52,516 nucleotides of DNA from Trichoplax sp. H2 (Eukaryota), in NCBI GenBank assembly GCA_003344405.1, contig NOWV01000171.1:117558-170073 (forward strand), in the 5' to 3' direction. Below are positions 36,901 through 48,900 of the stretch, piece after piece; position 1 is the stretch's first letter; each line of letters starts with the position of its first letter. The notes beneath the pieces are model-generated. The model was not told the origin of the DNA. It made no database searches and saw only the letters and a program-made list of their open reading frames with translations. The translations under genes and the position numbers were made by a program.

Positions 36901-39273
36901 ATACTACGTACAAATCAAAAATTAGCAACTCTAATTTTTATTCTTCCAGCATACACGCTTTAAATATAGTGTAACTTATTTAATGCTCACGGATAGGACT
37001 GGATTATTAGCTGCAAGAACGTTTCTTTCACTTACATGGTACATGGACAAAGAAAGAAACTATTTACCTGTTAAAGCCGCTTTGGATGGTATATTTTATA
37101 TACATTCTCTGCTAACCGCGGAAGCAGACAGAAAAAACGCAGAGGTGCAGATTTCATTAGACGTAGTATTTTCAGTAACTTAGGTGTTGGAATCTATTCC
37201 GTAGTGTGTTAAATTATTTAGTTACCATTATATTATTGTCAATAAAAAATATTTCAGAATGTAGCGAAAGTAATTTACTGAGTCTAATGCTAATAACTAT
37301 ATTCATAGATTACATCTACCGTTAATATTGTACATTTTAATTGCTTTATGTATTTTTAATATGCCAATATAGAAATATTTACTGAACAAAGTAAAGCCTA
37401 TCTATGAATATCTCGGTTGGCTCGATGATGGACCACCTTTCAGACAGTAAGTAAATTATTGAATTCACAGCTAGTTTTTACAATTCTTACAGACTTTTAC
37501 TCTGGATAAATCATTAGAGGTAGCTTTAGGTTGTGCTGGTCAACCCTGAAACTGTTATAAAACTTTTTAATGCCATCTTGTAGATACCTACGAACCGTAG
37601 TGATAGGTGCCTTGTGCAGCATTAACTACCCGGACGTGGTAGATAGAAGTAAAGCTCTCTTTAAGGACTGGCTTACTAATCCAAATATGTAGGTTGTTAT
37701 ATATCGCTAGAATTTATAGGAAAGCTTCTATACGTTATTCAGATTGATAAAATTCATAATGGTACAAATATTACTTATAAAAATTGTGATCTTTTAGCCT
37801 GTAATAGCTTGATACAAATTTGTTGCTAACGCTTTAAATCGGATAGAACTATTAATGGAAAAATATATCCTGTATTTCAATTTACGTAGATGATTAGTAT
37901 TTTATTTCCTCCGATTTCTCCTTTATAGTCACTAATACAGCTAAGATTGTAATTGTACCGATACTCTGTTATATTACTATTCACTAAGCGATACCTCTCC
38001 ATTAATATCGTAAAATTAGGTAAAGTAATAAGGGAGCATTTGTCTATAGTAACGTATAATTTTTCTGGAAATCTTTTTCGTTGCAAGTATTTAGAAATGA
38101 ATACGATGTTTTATTATATACTACTTTTTACGTTCGCAAGGGAGGTATCCGTTATGAAGCTGATAGTATTTTATTTCTTATTAATGCCTATACAATGTAT
38201 AGGGCTTGATTGTTTATGATTTGATGTCAATATTTATTAACATCATGAAGGATTCCATAACGTACGATGTTTTAGCAAAAGTTCAGTTATCTACTTATTT
38301 GATAATTTTTCTGTATTATAATCTTAATCATGAATATGATATTAGAGTACCAGCAAATTTGGAAAATGTAGTTCTTGACTGTGCAATTATGAATGGTGAT
38401 GAAAATGATTGGAACAAAATGTTCACCAAATACATTCAATCTCAAAATCCCATTGACAAGGCAAAATATCTAGCAACTCTTGGCGTAATCCGAGATCGAA
38501 AACTTTTGTATCAGTAAGTTTAAATGACAGATTCAAGTTCAAGCAGTTTATTTACTTATCATATAAGCAAGTAAGCGATACATATCTGCTATGTAGAATA
38601 ACTTTGATATTTGAATAAATCGTGCAGATTACTAGATTCTTCTATGAAGGAAGACATCATAGGTCTCGGCGATACCGTTAATGTCATCACCTCAGTTGCT
38701 AATAACCCATTGGGCAAATCTATGGCATGGCAGTTTACAGTGCGGCATTGGAAAGACTTAATGTCTAGGTACGTTAAAATGCTAAGGTATAATTATTTAG
38801 CAACTTGAATGTTTTTAAAGGTGATGTGGATGATCTCACTAAGTAAAATCCTGGTATAATTATTTTAATATTCCTATTTAAAAGAGAATTTGGGTACATA
38901 ATCTGAGTATCTTTATACTTTAGATATGCAGCAGCAACATTTGTTAAGGATCATTTAATAAGTGGCGTTACCAGAGGGTTTCGAACTAAAGAAGAGTTGC
39001 AAAAGGTCGTCTGAGAAAGAACGATATCTATTTTGAGCTCGTTGCGGTGCTTTTGTAATAATGTTTTTAACGCTAATAAATTGTATATATTTTTGTCCTC
39101 CTGTACAGGTAAAAGAATTTTTTCAGTGCCAAGATAGAGAATCTAAACTGCCAGTAGTTTTAGAAGCCATTGAAAAAATTGAGGCTAAAATTCATTGGAG
39201 GCAGATGCATGAAAAGGAAGTTTCTAAATGGTTTAAAATTGCTACGAAGGAAAAGTCCCAAAATCCTATTTAA
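30226..39273 (+). CDS. Gene B: membrane alanyl aminopeptidase (aminopeptidase N-like, M1 family) paralogue. Span is start codon to stop codon.
   Basis: Exon 1 is ORF 30226-30939, with TM anchor [22 protein letters not shown]. Later exons encode [56 protein letters not shown] and a C-terminal VKEFFQCQ…KSQNPI* exon (ORF 39061-39273). Confidence 0.85.
31290..31810. repeat. Tandem repeat of a ~259-bp unit, about 2 copies plus a partial copy, in intron 1 of gene B
   Basis: …ttctcattgaactgttgttgcaatcaacacgagaaaatgtcgcaattcttc…atcgctctgagattgcg…tagccaaacccagattaaaatccaatcgtagcttttattttct… at ~31356 recurs at ~31615 with about 85% identity. Confidence 0.8.
33191..33470 (+). CDS. Gene B exon 2 ([29 protein letters not shown]…[15 protein letters not shown]…)
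   Basis: Acceptor is ctgctgtag|A, completing the AG+A codon from exon 1. Donor is ATG|GTAATA. It is collinear with gene C exon 2 and gene A exons 2-3. Confidence 0.75.
33939..34093 (+). CDS. Gene B catalytic exon ([29 protein letters not shown]…VCHEIAHQ)
   Basis: Within ORF 33926-34123. Acceptor is tatag|A and donor is CAG|GTAAGC. The exon size (155 nt) and phases are identical to the catalytic exons of genes A and C. Confidence 0.85.
38923..39005 (+). CDS. Gene B penultimate exon ([28 protein letters not shown])
   Basis: Acceptor is ctttag|A and donor is AAAAG|GTCGTC. The frame links exon …WKDLMS(R) to the terminal exon VKEFF…. Confidence 0.55.
39109..39273 (+). CDS. Gene B terminal exon ([54 protein letters not shown])
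   Basis: Acceptor is ctgtacag|G. Stop is TAA at 39271-39273. It is homologous to the gene C terminal exon IKEFFSCHG…. Confidence 0.7.
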   Translation, partial: VKEFFQCQDRESKLPVVLEAIEKIEAKIHWRQMHEKEVSKWFKIATKEKSQNPI

Positions 39274-42191
39274 ATTGTCTTGTTTAAACATTTGCAGTAG
39301 AAGTTATTTCTTTTGTGATAGATTATGATTCTGTTTTTAGTTAGTCTGAGCGTAATCATCAACATTTAATGACAGTATTATGCTTGTTGATTAAAATTTA
39401 ATATACTAGAAATTTTAAAATGATAAAAAAATAGGACTATACATCTATAAGCTAATTGAAACTTTAATTGAATGAATGACTGATTTCTTTGATTCCATTT
39501 ACACCAGTGAATATATGCAGTTGCATTACTTTTGTAAAACCGCTAACAGTAGCGGTATGAAATGGGTATAAAAGGAAAACATACAAAAAGTATACCCGTA
39601 AATAAAAACGGAGAAAGTCAGAAACATTGGTTTCTACCGATGATAACTATACTTCAACATTTACTGTTGCGATATGGATAGAATTCTGCATCTGAATGTT
39701 AGCAAATGATGGTTCCGTAAGATAAAGCTGTACAATCCAGCATATAGTAAAATAAGTGTAAATTAGAGAATAGCAAACGACTAATAGTATTTCGATCTAT
39801 ATACGTATGGCCCGGATTATCGAGTAATACGATGATGAAAGTTAAACAAGACTATTTAAGTCATATTAGCCAGCGTATATACGGGTATTTTTACTTTCTG
39901 TTGTCACGTCAATGCATGTAAAAATAGTGATTCATAGGCTGCTTATAGCAAGATATTATGCCTCGTTATAGATATACACCCATATCAAGGTGACAAGGTG
40001 TAAACAGTAGCTTTCTACTACTAAATGCGTATTCTTAGTAGGTAAAAACAAGTCGCGTCCAAATACACGGTACGTTTTGTTACTTGATAACTGCATAGGA
40101 GTTTACATAATGACAGCAAAATTATGAATATTTTGATATTATAACACACTCGCATACGAGATACGAGGAAAATACATAATTATTGATCTTTATGTAAATA
40201 ACAATGAATAATAAAGGCAATTTATTAGATGCCAGGTGCACCATACTACATGCCATTTGGTATATAACAAAAATCGCGACGTATCAGAATAGCTTTAGAT
40301 AGTCGAATTAGTAGTAATATGTATCATATCTGTTGAAGGATAAAAAATATACCATAATTTATAGAAAACTAGATAGGTTCACAGCCGTATTATGATCTCT
40401 TAGAGGTTATTGAACGTTATGTATGTTAATACATTAAAAAGTTGAAGTTCTAATACTTTAATTCTACCGTATGATTTCATAGTGTACTACTATTCTAAAT
40501 TTTTAGTCAACACTTAGGTTATCGTCCTTAATAATCCTTTACAACAGCAATTGATTCTTTAAAATAATATCTTATTAGAGCTTTTACTCTTCATTTTTTA
40601 TAAGAATTCTCATAGCATAATAATTAATTTTTTTCACCCTAAAATGTCGCATTATGAAGATGGAAATATAGTAAACAAAATCTTTTAGTCCTAACAGAAG
40701 CGCTACTGTATCCTCACAAGATGACAAGAGTAATTGAAAATAAACCAGATTCTCATTCGTAATCATGGGTCTTACGTAGTGTTCACTGTTTGTTTACTAG
40801 AAAATCCTTTTACAGTATAATTTAAACAATGGTTATTAGGAGATAGTCGAAGATTTTAATTTCGGGTGATAATAGAGTTAATGGCTATAAAAATTCTCAT
40901 ATCTTACCAATTAACAACATAGGAGCCCAAGATGATGATTTTTAGAATTTCTACCGCTATAGACGATCAATATACTATTCCATCATGAGTAATACCGAGT
41001 AGCGAGTAGCAGCATCATTTTTTCAGATGCTTTTATTAAAAGTCATTTATAACAGTTTTTGACATAAATTTAGCAATGACGTTATTGATTTAACAATAAA
41101 AGAAAATCGGCGTCTGTTCAAATTTCCTTATAAGTATAGGCCTGAATTGCCTTCATACCTGCTTTATCAAAATTACTAAAGAATTATTTTTTAAAATTTG
41201 ACTGACATTGGATTATGATTTTGATCTTCAATCGCCATAGTTTAAAAGCTAGTAAAATATTGTTTTGGACAGTTTTTAGTTAATTGATACGTTTATGATT
41301 TACGAGAATGATGAACTTTGATTGAATTATTACTATATCAAACAGATAATGGTAAATATTGCCGATAGCTTGCTATAGTCGAATAAAACGGTTAGTTTAC
41401 TATTAGACCGTTACGTTTATTGATTATAACTATTTTAATTAAAATAGTCGATAAGTCAAGCAATATTATTGCTAAGACAGATCAAAAAATGCTCGGATGA
41501 GAGCGTTAAAGTAGTAAATTAGCCGTTATTAATGCTTATACTCTCTCTTTCGATGGCCTATTGATTGTCGATAACGCTGCTTCATGTAGAAGGAATTTAA
41601 AGTTATTTTTCTGCGCCAGCTATTGTCAAACAAAATTGTTTTCTTCTCTTTCATGCAATTTCCTAATAATAAATTTTATCGATTGTCTTGCGTATTAAAT
41701 CAGTATAATAGCAATGAAAATGAAATTTATATGGCTAAGAATAGTTTTCTATACAAAATTGGTCATAAAAAGGATGATAAATGTATTGTAACTCCTTTGT
41801 TATAATTCGACAATATCAGTTTTTATGATCATGATCGATGCAAGCAGTTTGCATAGAGAAAAACCTATAGTATAGTTGCGATCAACCAAGACAAACTCAG
41901 TATTGAAAAATTGATAGCAGCAAATGAATTGAACTGATTATACTACAGAGAAGAAAAGATTGCATAAAAACTCAACTGAAAATTGCCCTACTTTAAAGAG
42001 GTTAATAAATTGTGTTTCCTGAATATTTCAACAGACAAAGTAAAGTGTACTGCTAGTAGTTGCAAAGAGTCATTGATATTGCTTATTCTCGTATGCTATC
42101 TTTTCACTCATGTTGTAAAAATAGGCTTAAAAATTACTGATTTCTTCATGGTTATTTTTGAAGTAGTTATTTAATAGAAATTAATTTATCT

Positions 42192-42199
42192 TATAATAA
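42192..42199 (+). promoter_or_regulatory. TATA-like element upstream of gene C
   Basis: TATAATAA lies 44 bp upstream of the gene C ATG (42243). The context is AT-rich, so specificity is limited. Confidence 0.3.
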
Positions 42200-42242
42200 C
42201 GAACCTAACTTTTAAATTGTTGTTCAATTTGAAGAAAAAGCG

Positions 42243-42946
42243 ATGGTCAACGAGGCAAAATATCAACTAATCCAGAGTCGAAATGACGATGATGGACCCG
42301 ATGAAGTTCCTGATATAGATAGTACCATTAAATGTTGCTGCTGCCGAATAATGAAACATCGGGCTTATTTCTATTGCTTTGTACTTACAATAGTATTACT
42401 GTTTGCTATGATTTCTTTGGTATTAGCCATTGTATCACAAAATTATATTCGGCCCTCCGTTTCCAATAATGACACATCCAAATGTACAAGTAACATCAAC
42501 TTTACACCGTCATCGAATCAAGATCCTGCCAGACTAGCTTCTACCTCTACTAATGGTGAACTATTCCCTTATAGTCACACACGATTGCCACAAACTATAT
42601 TCCCATTACATTATGAGATCTACTTGCATCCTAACTACGCTAAATTACAAACTCATGGTGAAATTAAAATTAATCTAAGCTGTGTACAAGCTACATCGTT
42701 CATTTTGATTCATGCCAAAGATATCGATATTCAATCCGTCTTGATTACCGATTTCAGGCAACATCCTATAAATGTCAGTAAAACTTTACAAAACAACTAC
42801 AACGATTTCTACTATATTCAAATGAAAGAATCTTTTCAACCTGATCAAAATTACAACCTGGAGATGACTTTTATCAGTAAGATTTCAACAGAAAAGCTGC
42901 AAGGATTTTACCGAGCAAGCTACAGGGATATGACTGGCAATAATAG
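42243..42946 (+). CDS. Gene C exon 1
   Basis: A TATA-like element lies ~45 bp upstream of the ATG. Donor is AATAG|GTTAGC (weak, phase 2; 704 nt = 234 codons + 2). Confidence 0.7.
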
Positions 42947-45900
42947 GTTAGCTGATCTATGATTTATGTTCTTTATCTGTAGCTTTACTTTTAAGAGACA
43001 ACGGTAAATTATGATATAAGTATATAACTAGTATCAGTTACAGTAAACTAAAAGTGATCGATTTTCCACGATATTGTTACAAAATGGTATCTTATAACAG
43101 TTAAAAATGTGAAATGCTAGCATTAGATATTGCCATCTTCGTTAAACCTGAAAAATTTTTATTTGACAAATCCTAATGGTTTCGATCTTGCAAATGACTT
43201 ATTATATTTTTATGGACTATGTTATTATCGATGAATAAGGCAGTCAACTTACTAAGTTTTCTAATAAATCTTCTGTTAGCTATATTACTATAGGCACAGT
43301 CGACATTAGATCAGCACAAATATTTAATTAATCCGTTATATCCAGCAAGTAAATATTCTATCTGCCAACCGTTCAAATGATATTTACCATAAATAGAAAG
43401 GATGTTTCAATAATCAGTTAAATTCACTGTATTGCCGGGAATTACACCTACGTTAGTGAAATGAAGTCATACATATATATATAAAATAAGATCAAATAAT
43501 CCATGAAATATAGACTACATTAAGTACCAATATTCATTAACATCAGTTTTCCATCTGAAATTGAGTTATCCTAGCGAAGAATTTCTACTGCCAAAGATTA
43601 AACTTACTTTTTACATCTTTATATAATCTAAGTCGAATATTCTTTCTTTGCATCATCATATGGTGACCCATGAATAAGTTGAATTACTGTACTAATACTA
43701 TATGATCTCAACTAGCATTGCTTACGAAATTCATAATTCTTAAATTCAATGTTAAATTACTGTAAAGCACTAAATAATTCATTCTTTTTCTAATCCCATA
43801 ACGAGTATATCTAAAGTTAAACTTACTCGCTGTATACTTAGTACTAAATGATATAGATATAGTTTCATGTCTATTTTAATCGATCTAAGTATAGAGCTGG
43901 ATCCTTTCTAAATTTCGAGACGTTTGTATCTACAGTTACAATAGATGCCTTTACCAACTCTGGAAAACGTGATTCTAGTGTCCCTAATACTGTTCCAGAT
44001 TAATTTAAATTTAATATTTCGAAAATCCCCCAAATTTATATTTTGATTGTGGAAATTTGGTTACTTCTATTGCTATAGGCTAATCAAAATCCAGTACTTT
44101 TTCAAAGCTGAGTAACACGTATATCGATGATAAACGATAAATTGTTTATAAGCGCTAGATAGGTTAAATCTAGTTATATTTTATTAGTTATATGCTGCCC
44201 AAATCTAGTAGTTGATCGAAATCTATAACATATGGATCTATAGTTGAATCAATAGATACAGGTAGCTCGTAATAGTCGTAACCTAAATTATGTATTAGGA
44301 TAGTCTAGGTAAATTTAGTTTATATATCGTTAAATAATCTAGATCAATTACGGCATTACATCTAAATTTTATAACGCACCACGTGGATTTCATTCCAGTC
44401 AATTTGCGAAAATAGGAACGTTTCTCTAAATGTAATTTAATTTTAAATTTATGACATATATATATATAACATAGCCACGGTTAAGCTTACTTATCGAGCT
44501 GTTGGTGTACATTATGTATTTTCTAATTCCGGTATTATTTCCAAAATTTCGTTTCATACAGCCTTAGACATATATTTCAAACTTGATGCTATATCTAAAT
44601 ACCTTCATAACCTATCTATATAGCATAAATACCGTTGAGTAAAATTACCGATACTATCCCTTGAGATAAAAATTTCTATTTGTTATTCTATCTAATTAGG
44701 TTAACGAGTTTTCTTGCAATAGTTAATACAGCCCTACATTTTATTCTTTACTGAGAAGTTAAAAAGCGGTCCTAACAAATGCAGATATCGGGAAATGTAA
44801 CTTATACTTTATGTATGGGGGTTAGCTTTCTGCAGTAATAAAAAATTGCCAACTTGCAATCTTTTACACGAGCAAATCGATGATATCCATCATAATTTTA
44901 TAGCTCCTAACTACCGATAGCATCTTATAAGACTTACTAATAGACTGAATTATCCATAGTAGCAGGCTTTAAATTAATAGATTCTTTCATAATTTATATA
45001 AAACCTTAGCATCAATAACCTATTTCAAATGATAATTAATTACTGATATTATAATTATTTGCTGGATAGGTATATGTACGTTACCCAATTTGAAGCTGCT
45101 TCTGCAAGATCTGCCTTTCCTTGTTTTGATGAACCCGGTATGAAGGTTACTGTATCTTTAACTATTGTAAGACCAAGCGGCTACCAAGCTCTATCTAACA
45201 TGCCCATTGAAGATAGTATTGTGCTAAATACGGAAAATAATATGGTAGCAGTCAAGTTTGCAAAGAGCGTGAATATGAGCACGTATTTGATAGCATTCGC
45301 AGTAGTTGATTATCATTACTTAGAAAGACGCCAAGGTTCAGTTCATGTAAGTTTTTACTATCAATCTGGTTTAATTATAGTTTACAAACGATAATGGATC
45401 ATTTTTTAATTGAATCATGTAACCAACAATAGCTTTATGTTCAATCTATTCTAACTTGTTACAAATGCTAACGATGAAAGAATGCATAAGATTATGGCAA
45501 AGCAGTAATTTGATGCTCGATTAAGAATAAAAGAACTCAATAAAATTGACCTGCATTATCTAATTTTAAGATTCGAACTTGGGCACCAGCTGATAAAATC
45601 AATTATACCGAAGTCGCTCTGAACGCTAGTGTTAAAATCTTACCATATTATCGAAAATTATTTGGTATTGCATATCCACTCCCAAAGCTAGGTTTGATCA
45701 CTTTTGTTGAATTACTCCGTATGTCTTAAATTATGACCTATCATAATTATCAACAATTAAATAAATTTGTATATTGCTGAATAAAATGCCATAGTCATAA
45801 AATAAGTACTGCGGTCAATTATATCCATTTATCAGTATAAATGCAATCATAACGTAATTAATTAATATCTTATTCATATTAATAGATTTGATAGCTGTAC

Positions 45901-48900
45901 CGGATTTTTCTGCTGGTGCTATGGAAAACTGGGGTCTAATTACTTTTCGAGAGACATCATTGCTTTATAATCCTAAAGTAGGCACAATCAGTAATTTTGA
46001 GCGTGTTGTCACTACGGTTGCACATGAACTGGCTCATCAGGTAAGATCGAGTTTTTCATCGAGCATTATTAATATGAAATGGCAATGCAATTATCGCAAA
46101 CCTCTATAGTGCTGTTTGCGAAGGACTATTTAGACATAGATATCCCATTCGAATCTCATATTTAATAAATACTTTAGAATTCACTGATTGTTTCGTTTTA
46201 TAACAAAGATAACATCATAAATTATTTTCATTTGTAAATTAGAAATTATTACATTTTCGGTTGTACTGTTCAGAAAACTGCTTGTCTCATTTGAAAGCTA
46301 TGTAATTATGACATAGTTATGAATAATAGCTGTTTCCCATACCGAGATAGTTTTACTTCTGTGGAAATGATTTATAAGCCTAATGACTAAAACATACAGT
46401 TCAAAACTTCTACCACGGCTGGTACATACAGTACTGACCGTCATGAAATTGCAGCATAATAATTTAGTACCTAATTTTTATAAAAAAGAATCTTGTGCAA
46501 ATTGATGAAATGTTGTATTATTTCATTCAGAGTAGCTATAAAGAATTCGTGCAGTATAAGCGTAAATTAAGCAATGTTTAGTATACAGCTGTTGTAAAAT
46601 CTATCCTGCAGTAACCTGAAAATTTTTTATCTTATGCCTTATTAATATCTAAATAACTTTTAGTGGTTTGGTAACCTGGTCACAATGAGATGGTGGAGTG
46701 ATTTGTGGCTGAATGAAGGCTTTGCTTCTTTTGTCGAATATTTAGGCGGCAATCTAGCTGCCCCAAGTCTTCATATTGTGAGTTTTTGCAGCATTAAATA
46801 TCTATAGACTGAAAGATTTACTAGATAATGAAGTATTTATATTGACCATTTAATGAAACTATAGCTAGAAAGCCTCTATATGAAGGAATTCATACCAGCA
46901 ATGCAATATGACAGCTACATTAATTCTCATCCGATCCTGCAAAATGTTGATAGAACAACTGAAATTGGCGCTTTGTTTGACAAAATTTCATACTCGAAGG
47001 TAAAAATTGTTTAACGTTTGGTAATCGGACAGCTAATTTTGTCTATTTTGTACAACACATACAATCTGAATTATTTATTTAATATTAGGGATGCTGTGTT
47101 TTGACAATGTTACAAGATTATTTAAATTCTACCATATTCTTTAACGGTCTTCGCAAGTACTTGATTACCTATAAATACCGAAATGCTGACAGTGATGATC
47201 TATGGAATTCGATTTCTTCGGTTTGATAAGATATTTACGCAACTACGTAATAATTAAATATTATTACTCATAAAATCCTCTAAAAGTGCAGTAAAGGCAT
47301 TCCCTAACAAACATTACCAAAGTTATTACTGATTAATTTATCGATTTGTTTCTAATTCATTTTATTTTATAACTGATCATGTGTTTCAATTTAGATATAC
47401 AGATATGATTTAAAACCTGTCATGAACAGTTGGACACATCAATCAGGATTTCCTTTGATTACAATAAAATATGATAGCTTGTATAGCAGTTATATTGTTT
47501 CTCAGGAAAGATTTTCAATGTCTGCAGGAAATCAACAATTTAATAAAACTGATAGGTAATATTTCTGTACAGTATAAAAAATCGAATATTGTCTCTTGTG
47601 AAGTACTCATTTATGCTATCTTCAAACCGTTACTATGACTAAAAATCTTTTAGCTAAAAACTAGCTTTAATTAATCTTTTCATATCATTTATAGTACCTT
47701 ATGGCACATACCGATACGATATATTACCGGAGAAGGTCTTGCAGGTAGAGTGATGATGACCGCTAAAGAAAGTAAGTGTCTTTATTCTAAAATCATCCGC
47801 TCATTTCTTAAAATATACTATAGATAATTTGACACAGGAATTAAAATGATGATTGACAGCCAAATATTTAATTACTGATTAAACCCTACAGTGGCAGTGA
47901 AATTTGTAAAAAGCCAGCATTGGATTAAAGCAAATTATTTGCAAAAGGGATACTATCGTGTCAATTACGAGCTTGAAAATTGGGTTAAATTAATAAAACA
48001 ACTCCAAGAGAATTATAATGTTAGTAATATTCGTAGCTAATAGTTTAAATTTTTGTCTATAAAAATTTCGTATTGCTTAGAATAAAATGCTTTTAATATA
48101 TTCCATCTATATTTATTTATACATTAATAATACAAGTATATAAGTAAATTGTCGATTTATGGAACGAGTGACTTGTACTATCTCAATTAGCGAATCATTT
48201 TATTAAAAAATTTTCGAATTATAAATATCTGTATCTATAAAATATAGAAATTATCAAGTCTCGATAGGACCGGGTTATTAGATGATTCCTACAATTTGAA
48301 TCGGTAATGCAGTTTTTTTTATACAACTTAAATAAATCCAAAATTGAAAGATACGAAGTTATACAGTAGTTATCATGGCCTATAGATTAATAATCTATAG
48401 GCATGTACTATAGTAGGATCTAATATAAATACCAGCAAGTTTAGGTTATTGATGCATTTTTTATCATTCCAACAGTGCTGATATTTTGGATATTACCGTA
48501 TTCCTGAACATGACAAAATATTTAAGAGTGGAAAAGGCCTACAATCCAATGTATGTTGGCTTATCCAAGATTTCAAAAATCATTTCCCTCTTTGAAAGAA
48601 ACAGTGATGATATCCTTAATGTTCAGGTATTTTCCAGCCGCTATTCCTTAAGAATTACAACAAACAATAATATGACAGTATTTAATGCTATAAGTTAATC
48701 TCATATATTTTTGATATATAATTCGTCCGCAATGTTACTATATATGCCCATGAAATGTATAAATTACTAACTAAATATGCAACATATGTTGACAGGATTC
48801 TAAAATAAATTTTAAAGGGATAGTATTACTAGAAATCTAAGCAATGTATATAGAACAAACTCTAAAACGATTTTGATATTTATAAAATTATTTTTTAGCG

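Noticed and set aside
38206-38517. The 103-aa ORF might look like a separate small gene
   Set aside because: Its 3' two-thirds (…[33 protein letters not shown]…LLYQ) is an internal exon of gene B that ends at a GTAAGT donor at ~38514. The 5' part is intron read-through.
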